Assembly (NCBI GenBank): GCA_001687465.1
Contig: LVLI01000043.1
Span: 1-64,000, forward strand
Origin: Halocafeteria seosinensis
Taxonomy: Eukaryota
DNA length: 64,000 nt
Direction of reading: 5' to 3'
Both the position numbers and the translations under genes were made by a program. The notes under the pieces were generated by a model. It searched no databases. It saw only the letters and a program-made list of their open reading frames with translations, and was not told the DNA's origin. This document shows, one piece after another, positions 44,041-56,190 of the stretch (positions within the stretch are counted from its first letter, which is position 1; each line of letters opens with the position of its first letter).

Positions 44041-45636
44041 TCATAGAGCTTCCATCCGTAGGGCGTCGCCAAAGGTGTTCAAAGCAGTTCGTTGCGGCAC
44101 ATTTTTCTCCTGTTTTCTCGACCGACTTCCTCGAGAAGACGCAAATGATGACGACGAAGAAGCAAACATATCAGTTTTTTTGGTTTTCTGTGTCGGACTT
44201 TCCTGAAGCTGAACCTTCCGATTTGCCGCTTGGCTGCTAGGTTTTCTTGACCTTTGTTTCCCTTCGTGGCTAACTTGTGATTTTCCCGTACTGCCCACAG
44301 TTGTAGTTTCTTCGTATAAAGGAAAGTTTGGGATATTAGTCTTCGGATCCAAGGCATTTTTCCGTTCCTTGATATACGGTTCAGGTTCGGCTTCATCCGG
44401 GTCCAGTCCAATATCCCTCCATCTCCGTCTCTGCACAACATAAAAGAATCGGACATAATAAAAAGCTGCATTGAAACGCTGGCGAGAAAACGCTCTCGTA
44501 CGTACCCTTTCTTCGTCTTGCTTCTTCTGACGAAATGCGTTTTCATGCTCTTGGGTTTGGAAGAGACCTGTTCCAACAGAGACTTCTGGATCTTTCCAGC
44601 CGGGTCGACCATACTTCTCCGGATCATAAAACACTCGATCAGGAATCAGAGCGGTTGCGGCCTCTCGTAACTCAGCTGCACTTCTGGGCTTGTCGGATTC
44701 ATATTCACTAAACGTTATATACGCGGATTCGTTTCCAAGTACCCATGGCTTAGAATGAGGATAGTGCCAAGGAGGCTGGCGCTTCGTCTTGGACAATACT
44801 TCGTCCATTGAGCTCGCTTTCTTCGTTCCGATTGGCGGTGGTTCTTTCTTCGGAAGTCTCTCTCCAAATGTCTTTCCTGTTTCAAACCTTAAGCGGAACG
44901 GAGGTCTATCTTTTCCGTATTTAAAATCGAACTTGGTCCATGGTAGGTGTCTTGATTTCAATTTCTCAGGGTCATCGTCACCTAGTCCGACTTGCTGCGA
45001 CAACGCGAGAAGGGTGAATGTTCCTCATTCGAACTCAGCGAGCCACACTTATGATACATACCCGTCGGTATATATAATTTCCTGCTCGTAAATCCGGATC
45101 CCATCCTTTATCGTGCTTAACTGTTCCATCCGTCATCATAGTTCTTCGTCTAAGAACTGACTTTGCAGCTTCGTGAAACCTTTTCTCTTCGTCTCGTCTC
45201 TTTTCGTGATACTGCATGAATTCATTCAGAATCATATTTCTTGCTATGTAAGACACAATTTAAAGGCACAAACCTCTGCGTCCGTCGTTTGTAGCTGTTG
45301 TTTGAATTCATCGCCTTGACTCGCAGGATCTGCTTTTCGTTTCGTGTGCTCCAGTTGTTCATACAATTTTTCCCTTCGCTGCTTCAAACTATCGCGGTAA
45401 GCGCGTATATTCTCGTCGTCCGAATTTGCTGGCAAAGATCCGATCTGATCACACAAACGACTGATTTCCTTGTGGAGGTTTTGGATTCTCCCCTGGTACT
45501 GCTCCGACATGGCTTCGCGCGCCTTTTCGGACCGCGCGTTCATCTTCTGGACCTTTTTCATCAGACGCTCATGGTCAGTGTACTTGCTTTCGCCCGTACC
45601 TTCCGACGAGGAGGTCGTCGTGACGGTCCTGTCCAT
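44041..45636 (-). CDS. Hypothetical protein with N-terminal coiled coil, multi-exon
   Basis: Consecutive minus-strand ORFs 45244-45636, 45035-45256 and 44041-45003 are separated by GT-AG intron-like gaps. Charged and basic composition; no recognised domain. Confidence 0.65.
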
Positions 45637-46168
45637 GGTCTAGAAAGCTCTGGAAATACCGTTTTAATGGTCGATTCCCCGGATCCCGTGAGCTCGCAGC
45701 GCGCGCTTTTTCCCTCCTCTAGACTGTTATGAATTCTCTACTCCATATCCACTTTCCCTCGTTACGGCCACCAATGTGGTAGAGGGATATTTGTGATATA
45801 ATGATGTCAACAATCCAAATGCCACAACCAGCACTATGTGATGCAGCATCAAACGGCAGCGCCCTTCGGGCAACTCAACGGAAACATTAACTCCGGCGTC
45901 TCAACTAGACTCTCAAGCTCGCTGAAACTGAGATACAAGTATTGTACATGATACGAATTTAATGTCTTAAGCTCAGTGGTGTGTTGAGTGAGTTATTTGA
46001 TTCGTATGACTTACGAGACGTGCACACACCGAGAAATAGGAAACGGATTTGGATTCCAGGGTTCAAATTACTTCACGGGAGATACTCAAATCAAATGATA
46101 CAAAGGTACATTACATGCAACACAAAAGACGGTTCCGAGTCATTGCAGACATGCAAACGTTGGAGAAC

Positions 46169-48948
46169 CTATTCTTTCCTCTCTTGACCTTCTTCAGCTT
46201 CTTGTACATTCCCAGCCGCAAATGAATCCAGATTGCCTCGGAACGTTCGTTGTCGCTGATGCGTATCTTTCTTGTTTGCGGTATTCGTACCACCGTTCTG
46301 CTTCTTAGGTGGGGCGTCCCCGGGTGCATCAGCGGCAGTTGCGGCTGACCCGCCGCAGCACCAGAAGGAGGCCTTGCACCCCACTGGAAAGGCTGTGGTA
46401 CTGCTTTGGGAGTCATCCTGTCTTGGAGTTCTCTTTTCTTTGGCCTTGGATTCCTCTTTGTGCATCCGTGATTGGTGTTTCCTGCAAGATACAGCCATGT
46501 TCAAACTCCGCACTATCAACAAGACTAGAAGAACCTACCTCAGTTCCTGGCACTGATAGCCATTCCATGGGAAGAGTTCGGACGTGATGTAACCGAAGGT
46601 CGAATCTTGATCAAAATATCCTGCTTTGTAGTTAGACGCAACACCCGCGCGAGGTATCGTAGCGTTATGCTGGAATAGCTCTTTGCGAAGCGCACCGATA
46701 TCAACATCCGAACGTAGTCGTAGTACTTCCAAAGCAAGGGCCACATAGCATATTCCACCTTCGAATATTCCGATCTTACAGTATGATACTACATCTCCAC
46801 TATCGCATTCCAACAAGTCTTCAATATGGTAAACCATTTGCATGATCGAAGGACACTTTACACCGGCACCATATGCATTTGCAAAATCCAATATCTGCGC
46901 CTCCACTGAATTCATGGTTTCCATCATTTGGGCTCTGGTACCAACTATAGCTTTTCGCTCATAGTCTCCGCCATTATTGGACTTGAGATACGGGAACACA
47001 CCGCGAAAGCAAATTAGCTCGAGCTGTTGCACCAGCAAACTCATATACTCTTCGAAATATATCGGAGGCAAGTACTCCTGCATCTTGGATGCAAGATCTT
47101 TGGCATCAGATTCTATTATACTTTTGAGTCCTGCGTTGAACTCATCAATGCCCTTTTCCTTCAAACAACTGGCTAGGGTAGATTGCCCAGATAGAAACTT
47201 TAGGTCCTCAGCAGCGATTATGTCCAAGAGTCCGTCTACTTGAGAGTATACGTACTGAACGGATTGCGATATTTTTTGTCTCACCAGCCGTAGCTCTTCC
47301 AAACAATACCGGTCAACAAAACCCTGGTGGGAGCTCGCGGGATGATTGCATATCTTCTCTAGTCTCGAGGCCCTTATGTCAGCATCTTCTAAGGCGCTGA
47401 CCATAGTGATTCCGCTGTGTATTCCTTCAAGACGCGCCGAATATATTCTGCTTGGGGTCAAGTGGCGTCCGTTCTCCGCGGTAGCTTCTATCGGAGTGAG
47501 CGAAGCAAGCAGTTGGCATTGTTGTTGGGCATAGTCGCAAATTGCCTGCTGGATGTGGTTAAGAATCACAGCCCGAAGATAGACGCTCTTGTAATTGGAT
47601 GCAGATTTCAGGTACGTAAATAAAGTTGAGCAATAGTCCGCCGTCTTATTTCGAATCGACTGAGAGATACTCATCCCATGTCTCCCGTAGAGGTCTTTCG
47701 ACAAATCTCCCAAACAGATAGAACAGCGCTTTGTAGACTGCACAGATAGCCCTGATAAATACTGATAGACCAGCTCTTTCGCCATTGCGCCGAATGGTCC
47801 CACACTTCTTGAGTAGCTCGCAATAGAAACTGGGTCAACTCCCCCGAGTCTAGCCCTGATCGTCCGGTAGCTCTCGATGCACTCAATCAAACGCTTGATA
47901 GAGATCGCCGAAAGAGAGACATATCCTTCCTGAGGAATACAATTTCGAAGATTGACATACAGTCTGGAGTCACAATATGGAAAGTACAAAGCGACGAGGT
48001 TTTCCTTCTTATGCTTTGTTGCTGCCTCAATTCTGTCCTTGAGGTTACCAACCAACGTTTGAGTTGCTGACAGTACTGCTTGAATATAATCGTCTGAGCT
48101 CATTTCCTTCGTATTCTTTTCTCCAAGCATATCTCGAAACGGTTGCTCGGCAAACTCCCTCATCTGTGTTCGCCTCTCTTTGGACTCTGCGTGTTCAAAG
48201 CTAGTCAGCCACTCAGGAGGTTCAGCACCATCATCCCCGGTAGGCTCTCGGTTCCCAACAGAGTCGTCATCACTATCCCGATGAGCAGTCTCGCTGCTCA
48301 CAGAGGATGCCCTGGAGAAGCAGCAGCAACGAGGTATTGGTAAAAAGCGTACCTTGCATCAAACTATCGCCAGATTTCAACCTACAAGGGGGAAGCATGA
48401 ATGCATTGGCGCACCGTATTCACCCATTCCTCGGCAATTTGCTCCGATTCGGCTTTCAATCTGAGGTCGCCCCATGAATAATAAATATACCACGTATCGA
48501 ATGCGTGCATTCATTCAGTGTGTGAGAAACAACTCGACATACTTGTAGGTTCCATCATCATCAAAGCGCACCAGAAACATGCCGCGCGTATCATACAGAT
48601 CCACCGTCACCACCTGCATACCAAGAGTACAAGTACCATGGTCATGGAATTGCGCTTGATGCGTAGCGTGCGCCAATAAAAGATACCATATCATACCCCA
48701 GGATGGAATGGATATGGATGGGGTTGAATTCTTACCTTGCTGAGATCCAGTGCTCCCAGTACATTTTTCCCTTTCTTCGCGTCTTTTGCCGAGTTAAAAT
48801 ACACCAAATATCCCTTGCGAATGACGAAGTACCGCTTCTGGAATTTGTACTTGGAATTCAGTTTCTGCAGCATACCAGCTTTCTCGTGCTCCACGACCTG
48901 GAGGCAAGTCTCCGGGCATTGCTCTCGTTTCAGCACCGCCGCCGCCAT
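46169..48948 (-). CDS. PH-domain protein with a long helical region (possibly exocyst Sec6/CATCHR-like)
   Basis: PH domain KAGMLQKLNSKYKFQKRYFVIRKGYLVYF...LGALDL...LRLKAESEQIAEEWVNTVR is spread over small exons and followed by the large exon 46535-48301, which looks all-helical. The tether assignment is tentative. Confidence 0.7.
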
Positions 48949-49052
48949 GGTCTTAGCTGGACTCGTCTGTATGTATACACACGCAGTGCACGCCTTCGCA
49001 CGGAAAAAGCAGAACAAACATGAAGGAAGCCAACATTGTAATGTATCCCCGT

Positions 49053-49075
49053 TCGGTCGGTCGGTCGGTCGGTCG
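49053..49075 (+). repeat. (TCGG)n microsatellite
   Basis: tcggtcggtcggtcggtcggtcg, about 100 bp upstream of the PH-gene start. Confidence 0.8.
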
Positions 49076-49468
49076 CAGGGCTACATGTCACCGATTCCCA
49101 GGAATTTAGTATTTCGACTGTATCAGACGATGTTCCGCCACTACACTGTATCTGCGGAGAAACGATACTCAAACTTTGAATTACGCGGGTGCACTTCATA
49201 CCGGTACTTGATTGTCTGTATTGGCCTGGTGAATGTACTGGTACAAACTGGAATTGAATGGGCGGTAGCATTTGGCACAATGTTTGGCAGCAGATAAACA
49301 ATACCAATGTTAGAGGCTTACAGACTGTAAGTTATAGCATAGAGCCGAGACAGCCGTCAATGGCAAAGCGAAAGCAACGGACAACTCCTGACAGCCACGG
49401 GGGCTGTACGCACACACATGTGACAGAGGAAGTTGACTGTACGACTGCAAATTTGGGCCTGTCGGTGT

Positions 49469-50195
49469 CTAGCACTTTTGAACAACAGAAGTCGACGTCA
49501 GTAGCAAGTGCGATCGCAGGTAGCCGGTTTTGATAACCACTGGATAACGAACTGTGATACTCTGTGTACACTGCGAGCAACGTTGTGGCCACAAAGTAGT
49601 GGCGAGCTTGAAAGTATTTGCTTTTCCAGCAAGTCCCCGAATCAAGTCTGAAGAAGGTAATTAGCAATCAGAATCAAGCCATCTCTGATTTGATAATACT
49701 GCTTTTATTATTGATTTTCAGAGGCTACATACCCGCGATCTGTTCCGAGCGAAGACTTCTCGTCTTGATTTCTCCATCTCCAGCGTTTGAAGCTGCGCCA
49801 CGTCAAGAGGAAACAATACGAAGGCAGCGATATGATGAAGGATGAACGTCCTATAGAGACTTATGCTCTTGATTCTCAATGTTTACTTACCGGCCCCACC
49901 ACCACTATTCGTACCTGCACACGGCCACACAAGACAACAATTGTGGAAAACAAAGAATAAAATCACTGGCACCGAGGCAATTTTTCTTCTAGGAATGTCT
50001 GTTTTCGAGTTTAAGTATACCGGTGGTACTGTACTTACCTGCAGAGAAAGATTTCTGTGGTGGCTGCTGCGATGGCGCTCGCTCCATAGCCCTCTTTCTG
50101 CCAGGATGCCCGGTGGGACCACCAGAACCAGTTTCATCAGTAGATCTCATGTTGTCCTGGCTGGACTGTTCACCTGGTGCCGACTTGTCTGCCAT
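49469..50195 (-). CDS. Small hypothetical protein with 24-nt and 60-nt microexons
   Basis: MADKSAPG...KSFSA|GTNSGGGA|ASNAGDGEIKTRSLRSEQIA|DLIRGLAG...QKC*, joined by three phase-1 introns with strong donors (GTAAGT, GTAAGT, GTATGT). Confidence 0.5.
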
Positions 50196-50375
50196 TCTCT
50201 TGTGTGAAAAGTTTTTTTAACGGAAAAAGTCCCAATTATACTGTTTACGAGGTAAGGGTATACATGTAATATAATACCTCAACACAGCAAAACTTCTCAC
50301 AAAGAACAAAATAACGCACTTCTTTATAGCCCCTAATCGAACTTCAAAAACAAAGCAGAAAAGCAATGCCAATAG

Positions 50376-52872
50376 ATGTCACAAACTTCAAAGAAAGTGA
50401 GGCGAAAGTTTGTGGACGTTTTTTGTCGGTTGGGCTTCAAGTATGAAAGCCATGCCGCAGCGAGGGAATTGTACAAAAGCGTCAAATCCAAAGAAACTAC
50501 TCGTTGGCCCAACATTACCTGGGTTCAGACTCGTTCATACATGTACACGCATCAATTGCGTCCATTACGCACTGGGTGTCTTTGCTCTGAGTACTACCGG
50601 GTAGTAAGTTCTCCCGGCCACGCTTTAGGGTGTATATGAAGGCCCTTGACAATGCCTGCTGTCTCTAGTGCGTCTGCTGTACATGCTACACATCCCGTCC
50701 TCTACCATAAGAAGTCTGTCTAATGAGCCCGGAATAATCAGATTCAGTAGCCATATCGAGTTGACTTCTGGGGAATATCTTTTCATGCTCGTTGGAAGTT
50801 TCCAGCTTCCATCGTACGACAGCAGGCCTCAATGTCTATCTGATTATTGCGTTTATGTTTTACCCGTATGTATCCCCTAATGTGTGCCAGGTGCGTTACC
50901 AGAATTGAACATTATGGAGAAAAAGGTCGAAAAAGTAGGCAGGTTTGGTAAAATTCTCGACCAGTATATTATGCTGGCAGAGAACGCTCCATCGACTGCA
51001 TTCAACGCCCCTTCCAAGGCACTTCGACATTACTATCGACACAAATTCATTCTGAATAGAAGTCGATGGATGACCAGATGGTATGTTGTGGTACCCGCCC
51101 TGATTCTCCTCGACCTCAGTTATACCAAGAAACTGGGTAGAGTTGGCAGCTTCCTTAATAATGCTTTGCGGGAGTTCCAGATGCTCCGTTTAGAGTCCCA
51201 TGTATATTCTGCCGTAGAACCGCCAGTATCTTTGTCCGCAGCAGGCGATGAATTGAATACAGGGATCTCCGCTGACTTGCAAGGGTACATAACCACGCCT
51301 TCCGATACGCGATGCCTAGTTCTCTACGGAGAGCCAGGTTGCGGTAAGACTCTGGCTATCCGGAAGGCTATTGCAGTGGCAGCATTACAAGGCTCGGTAC
51401 CACGAGTGGTGATATCACTAAAAGAAACGGCGTGTCTTCACTCAATCGTTGGGAAATTCCGCTCGTGCGTACACGGTGGAGAGAGCGCGGGTCTATTATC
51501 CCGAATGTTGCAGGTACATCTGGCAAAAAACCCCTCCGACATTCAAGATTTGAGTGAATTGAGACAAACGCTTAAAGATTTGGAAGAGTTGTGCGTGCGG
51601 ATAAAGTCTACCACTAGCAAACCGCTCCTCCTTGTTGTAGAGGACTTGCACCAACTCTGTAGCGAAGTGGAACCAGTAAGTGCAGAGCCATCCAGTGCCA
51701 AAAGAGCGTCCTCAATAGGTCGCGAATCTCGGAAAGAAGCCCTCCGGTTAGTGCTGTCGCACGTGGACAAATGGACAACGGAAGGAAACTACAAAGTAAT
51801 CCTTACTTCCCAGAATTCTGAGTGCTTCGAAGCATACCGGAATCTACATGGGCCACTAACAGCAAACTGTCTGGTTAAGAGCATGGGGCCAGTGAGCAAT
51901 TCCGAAGCAGTAGCGTTTCTGGAGAGGAACTTGGAACACTGTCGTGATAGCGGTCGTCCTCAAATTATACGTTGGATAGTCAATCATTATGGTACTTTGG
52001 CCAAGGATCTTCAAAGAGTAGTCAAAGCCGACTGTGATCTAAAACTGGACTCTCGCCCTGCAGAGCAGAAAATCGAGGCTACCGTTGCTGGCTTAGAGCA
52101 GGCGTACAAACAGGAAATTCCCAACATCGCATCTATCGCAAATTCCGCGATCTCCTTAATCGCCCACTCAGAATATGGTTCGGTTTCAATGAAAGAGCTT
52201 GCGGAACTATTAGAAATCAGATACGGTATTGGAGTATCCATTACCCGGGACATTGTTCAGCGTCTAAAATCACATCAGATACTGACGCGCCGATACACTG
52301 AGACCGGGGAATCGGAAAAGGAGACTTTAGCATTCACTAGCGGCTTTTTGCGTGAGGCGATTCTTCAAGAGGAGCTTAAATCCGAATGTGACACCGATTT
52401 TCTTTCATGGGATCGCTACCTAAAGTCATGTGGCTCCTCCAAGCGGAGAAGTATGAACGATCCCCAGTTTTCGTTGCGCCTGTCGCAGATCCACAAGAAA
52501 ATTCGAGAATTGAAACGATCATCAATGCTGGACCAGGTGCTTTGGTGGAAGGCCGTAGAAATTCGTGCTCCTTGGGACAAAATATGGCATATGTCAAGCC
52601 ATAACTTTAACGAGTTCGTCACAGCAGAGTACCTTGACCCTCTGTTGGAGGCGTTAAGCGCACATGTCGATAACCAGGGAGAGGCGCAGCGACTCGCCTC
52701 TGTGCAATTTGTTGATCTGTCTCTCCGGAGGAGTACAAGCGTTGATTCCGCTACGTTTATCGACGAAGAAAGCAAAACACTTGTGGTTCTACGGCATCCT
52801 GAAGACAGTAAAGTGGATCGTGGTGTATCACTGCAATTGTCCCTCGAAAAATCGCTGCGCTCACTAGACTAA
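50376..52872 (+). CDS. P-loop NTPase (AAA+/STAND-like) with an upstream hydrophobic segment and a winged-helix-like region; 5' exons uncertain
   Basis: Walker A VLYGEPGCGKT, Walker B LLLVVED, sensor strand KVILTSQN, and wHTH-like VSMKELAELL...IVQRLKSHQIL. Main exon starts after the acceptor at 50890. Confidence 0.7.
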
Positions 52873-52968
52873 GTTATGTATTAGCGTATGCGTTATGCTA
52901 TAAGACACAAATTTTGCAATAAGTCAGAACCTCTATCCATTTGTCCCATTCTACATAAAATCGAGGTA

Positions 52969-55101
52969 CTACTGCCAGCCAGACACCTTGGCACAGGTTC
53001 GGATTTCATCCAAAACCTCGGAAACCAGAGACTCAGACACAACAGGCGCATTCAGCACCAATCGAAAGCAACGAGGCAACTTTTGCTCAGAAATGGGGTT
53101 GTGGTTCAAAAGTACGTTTCCTCTTTCCTGCATTTTCTTGTACATATCTTTCACGGAACGATCTAGAATGTCGCTGTAAGGCTGCAGTATGCTTCCAAGC
53201 TGTTTATCCTGGTTTTGTTTACTCTTTATCGCATTTTGAATTTTGCTGCGGGTGCCATCGGCCTTTGGGAGGTACCAAAAGCATACATTTGCACTCGTTA
53301 CGTTCACCGCTAGCATGAAATCCGGGCTCTCCTTTACCAACTTGGCGGTATACTGCGCCAGCCTGAAGGCATGGTCAACACGCTCCCCAAACCCGCTGGT
53401 CCCGTAGTACCTCCAAGAAAGGAACAGCTTCAAACAGTCAACTTTCCTCCCGCACTGTAGAGTCTTGTCACCAAGATCGTACGCAGCGTCGGGTGACGGA
53501 TGGAATAGGTATTCAGCATTACTGGCGCAGGTGCGTGCCAAGCGACTAGATTCTCTCATCAAGAGGGCGGAACATTGCAGGGGTACTCCGAGCATTTTAT
53601 GCGGATTGAATACGAACGAGTCGGCCCTGCCAGCACCATTAAGGTAATGGTTGTATTTGCTACTCATCAGGACTGCACCGCCCCAGGAACCATCGATATG
53701 CAACCACAGCGATGCGTTCTCTCCAAATTGGTTCTTCAAAGTGCCTTGGTGCTTCTCAATGATGTCTGCTATTTTGTCAAATGGGTCAAACGCTCCAGTT
53801 ACCTGAGCCATTGAAAGACAAAGAGTTGTTGAGAAACCATGTGGGACAGGAAAGCGGACAACCAGCTTACTGTTGTGCCAGCGGTAGCATTAATGAAAAA
53901 TGGCTGCTTTCCACTCGCAATGTATTCGCGGAGAAGCCGATCTGCACCGCCACAGAGTGAATGATAAAGCAACATTTTCTGTGGCACCGGTGAGCACCTA
54001 CCTAATTCTCCGGGAATCATGCGTCCCTCCTTGTCACAAGGGACCTTAACGACGTTTTCCGAACCTAAACCTAGGGCCCCACATGCTCGAGCGATGGAAT
54101 AATGGCTTTGCGCAGAAGTGAAAGAGACAAGCTGTGGGCCAGTATAGCCAATCAATCCTTTCTGCCAAGAGTAGTGTCAATTCACAGGTTCAAAGTATAT
54201 GATCGGGACGACGACGAAACTTAAATTCTTACTTTTCCACAAGTGGGGAGTACCTTATCCCGCGCACAAAGCATTGCTAGCATATTTCCGTAAGAGCCAC
54301 CGGGACAGAAGATACCGTCTCCGTCGTGTACATCTGCCGCTGGTAGACCAACCAACCTCCTTAATTCCTGTAAGAGGTGGACCTCAATCACCGCAAACGC
54401 TGGACACACAGCATAAGTCTGCAAGTGGTCAGATCCACCATTGAACGCCTTCATCCATTTCCTGCTAATGTTTTGTTTGGAGACGTACATGCATGTTGGT
54501 GTTCATAGACGCCGTTAGTAGTTCACTGAGCATGCCTACTGCATCGCTGCCCACGTAGAGCTTGTCAAAAAATCGAGCACTAGCAGTCCGAACCGACGTT
54601 TGCATTATATTTCTAACAAGACTACAGATATCACGGGAAGCTTCCTCTCCTGATGAAGCCTGCGTTTGAGGGAAGATGTAGGAAGTGTCAGTGCACGCTT
54701 CAGCTGAGTCGGAAAAATTCATACCTGGAGGCCACTTCCAACACTAGGGAGCTTCAGGTCCAATTTTTGGATAAGCTCACTGGGGCTATTGTATTCGACT
54801 ACAGGGGTCTCAGGGTCATCCATGGATTCCAAATACTGTGGTAAGAACGGAAGCCGAGTTTTACGGACCTTCGTGAGTCTCCGACCGTGGGCACTCAAAA
54901 AATACGTACACTCATTAATTCCGGACTAATTTTCTCCCAGAGCGCTTCGAACTGCGAGCTGAGAGGCTGCGAAGCTGCACATCCTCGTGGGAAAGCGCCT
55001 TCATCCGAAGGCGCGTGGGTAGCACCACCTTGGGATGTTTTGTAAGCTTGAGCACTACCAGCCGCCGAGGAAGAGGAGATATCCACTTTCAATGATGACA
55101 T
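52969..55101 (-). CDS. Group II PLP-dependent decarboxylase (glutamate / cysteine-sulfinate decarboxylase family), multi-exon
   Basis: FFDKLY, FCPGGSYGN, QSHYSI, PFFINATAGTT|VTGAFDP, WLHIDGSWGG, FNPHKMLG (PLP lysine) and DLGDKTLQCGRKVDCLKLFLSW. Confidence 0.93.
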
Positions 55102-56190
55102 TCTGCATGACGCATTAGGTCAATGTAAACGACCATCAGACTCCTCAGAACGAGCCGATTGAGCCTAACACGACGTAGAATCGTCAATAAAAGGTGCCAT
55201 CCACTTACGTCAGTTTGAGTGTTCTGGCGGCGAAAGACTCAGACCGTATTCTATTTCCTCTGGATCAATCTCTTCCGAGGCACACTAGGGGCCCACGTTG
55301 GCAATGAAGCAAAGGCACTCTATCCGGTGATGATCAACCCTAGGGAGCTGCGATACACGAGGTAGAACAGACCGTGTTCTGAGTCCCGCAGGTGGAGGAT
55401 CGCGGGGTTGCGACTTAGCTTCACAGAAGCGATGTCTTCATTCATACAGGTAGGTACTACCGCATCCATCTGCTACCCATGGTGAAATAGAGTAGGTTAA
55501 GAGTGTATCTGAGAGTTCCAATGGAATTGTGGACTCTCGTGGCAGAGTAGGCGCGCTCTCAAGACCCAGGGACAGCTTCGTGGGGAACAGAAGGTTCTAC
55601 AAGCAGGAAGTTCCGCGAACATGACCAAAATGAACGACTACTGTTGTCCAGAATGACTTACGGTAGTGTATATTTGTTCGCAAATTTAGTGTTTCTGCTC
55701 GATTCCTCAAGCAATGACATTGAGAGGTTGCGGGTTGACGGCAACACTGCGCGGCGTGAGTAACGCAACGAACCAACCACCGTCGTGCATACAGTACTCC
55801 CTACCTCATAAAGCATGTTGATGGCCGAGAAATGAAAATTTTGAATACGCCACCAGGATTTCCGTATCCGGCAGCTGAAGAAGAATTCCCCGGCTCTGCT
55901 TGCCTCTCTTGGACATGGAGTGGACTGGGCCTCTCGCGTACAACATACCCTGGTATTCCCTCATGCCTTGTAGGTAGACACTATTGCATCATGGGACTTT
56001 CAAGTGACCCCTCTGGCTGCAAAACCTATCCGATTAATCCATATCTTGTGACAATGGACAGCTTGCATCCCTAGCAACACTGTTCTCTTGTAGGTTCGGC
56101 TGGTACACCAGTATGGCAATCTTGTGACAAGCAACGCATTGTGGGGACGGCTAGGCAGCATGGCATATCCAATGAAGTTAAGGAACAACG

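Noticed and set aside
55110..56190. 1.1-kb intergenic stretch examined for an ncRNA or hidden gene; contains a repeated 12-mer (ATCTTGTGACAA)
   Set aside because: No tRNA/snRNA signature or convincing spliced ORF was found, and two copies of a 12-mer are not enough to call a feature.
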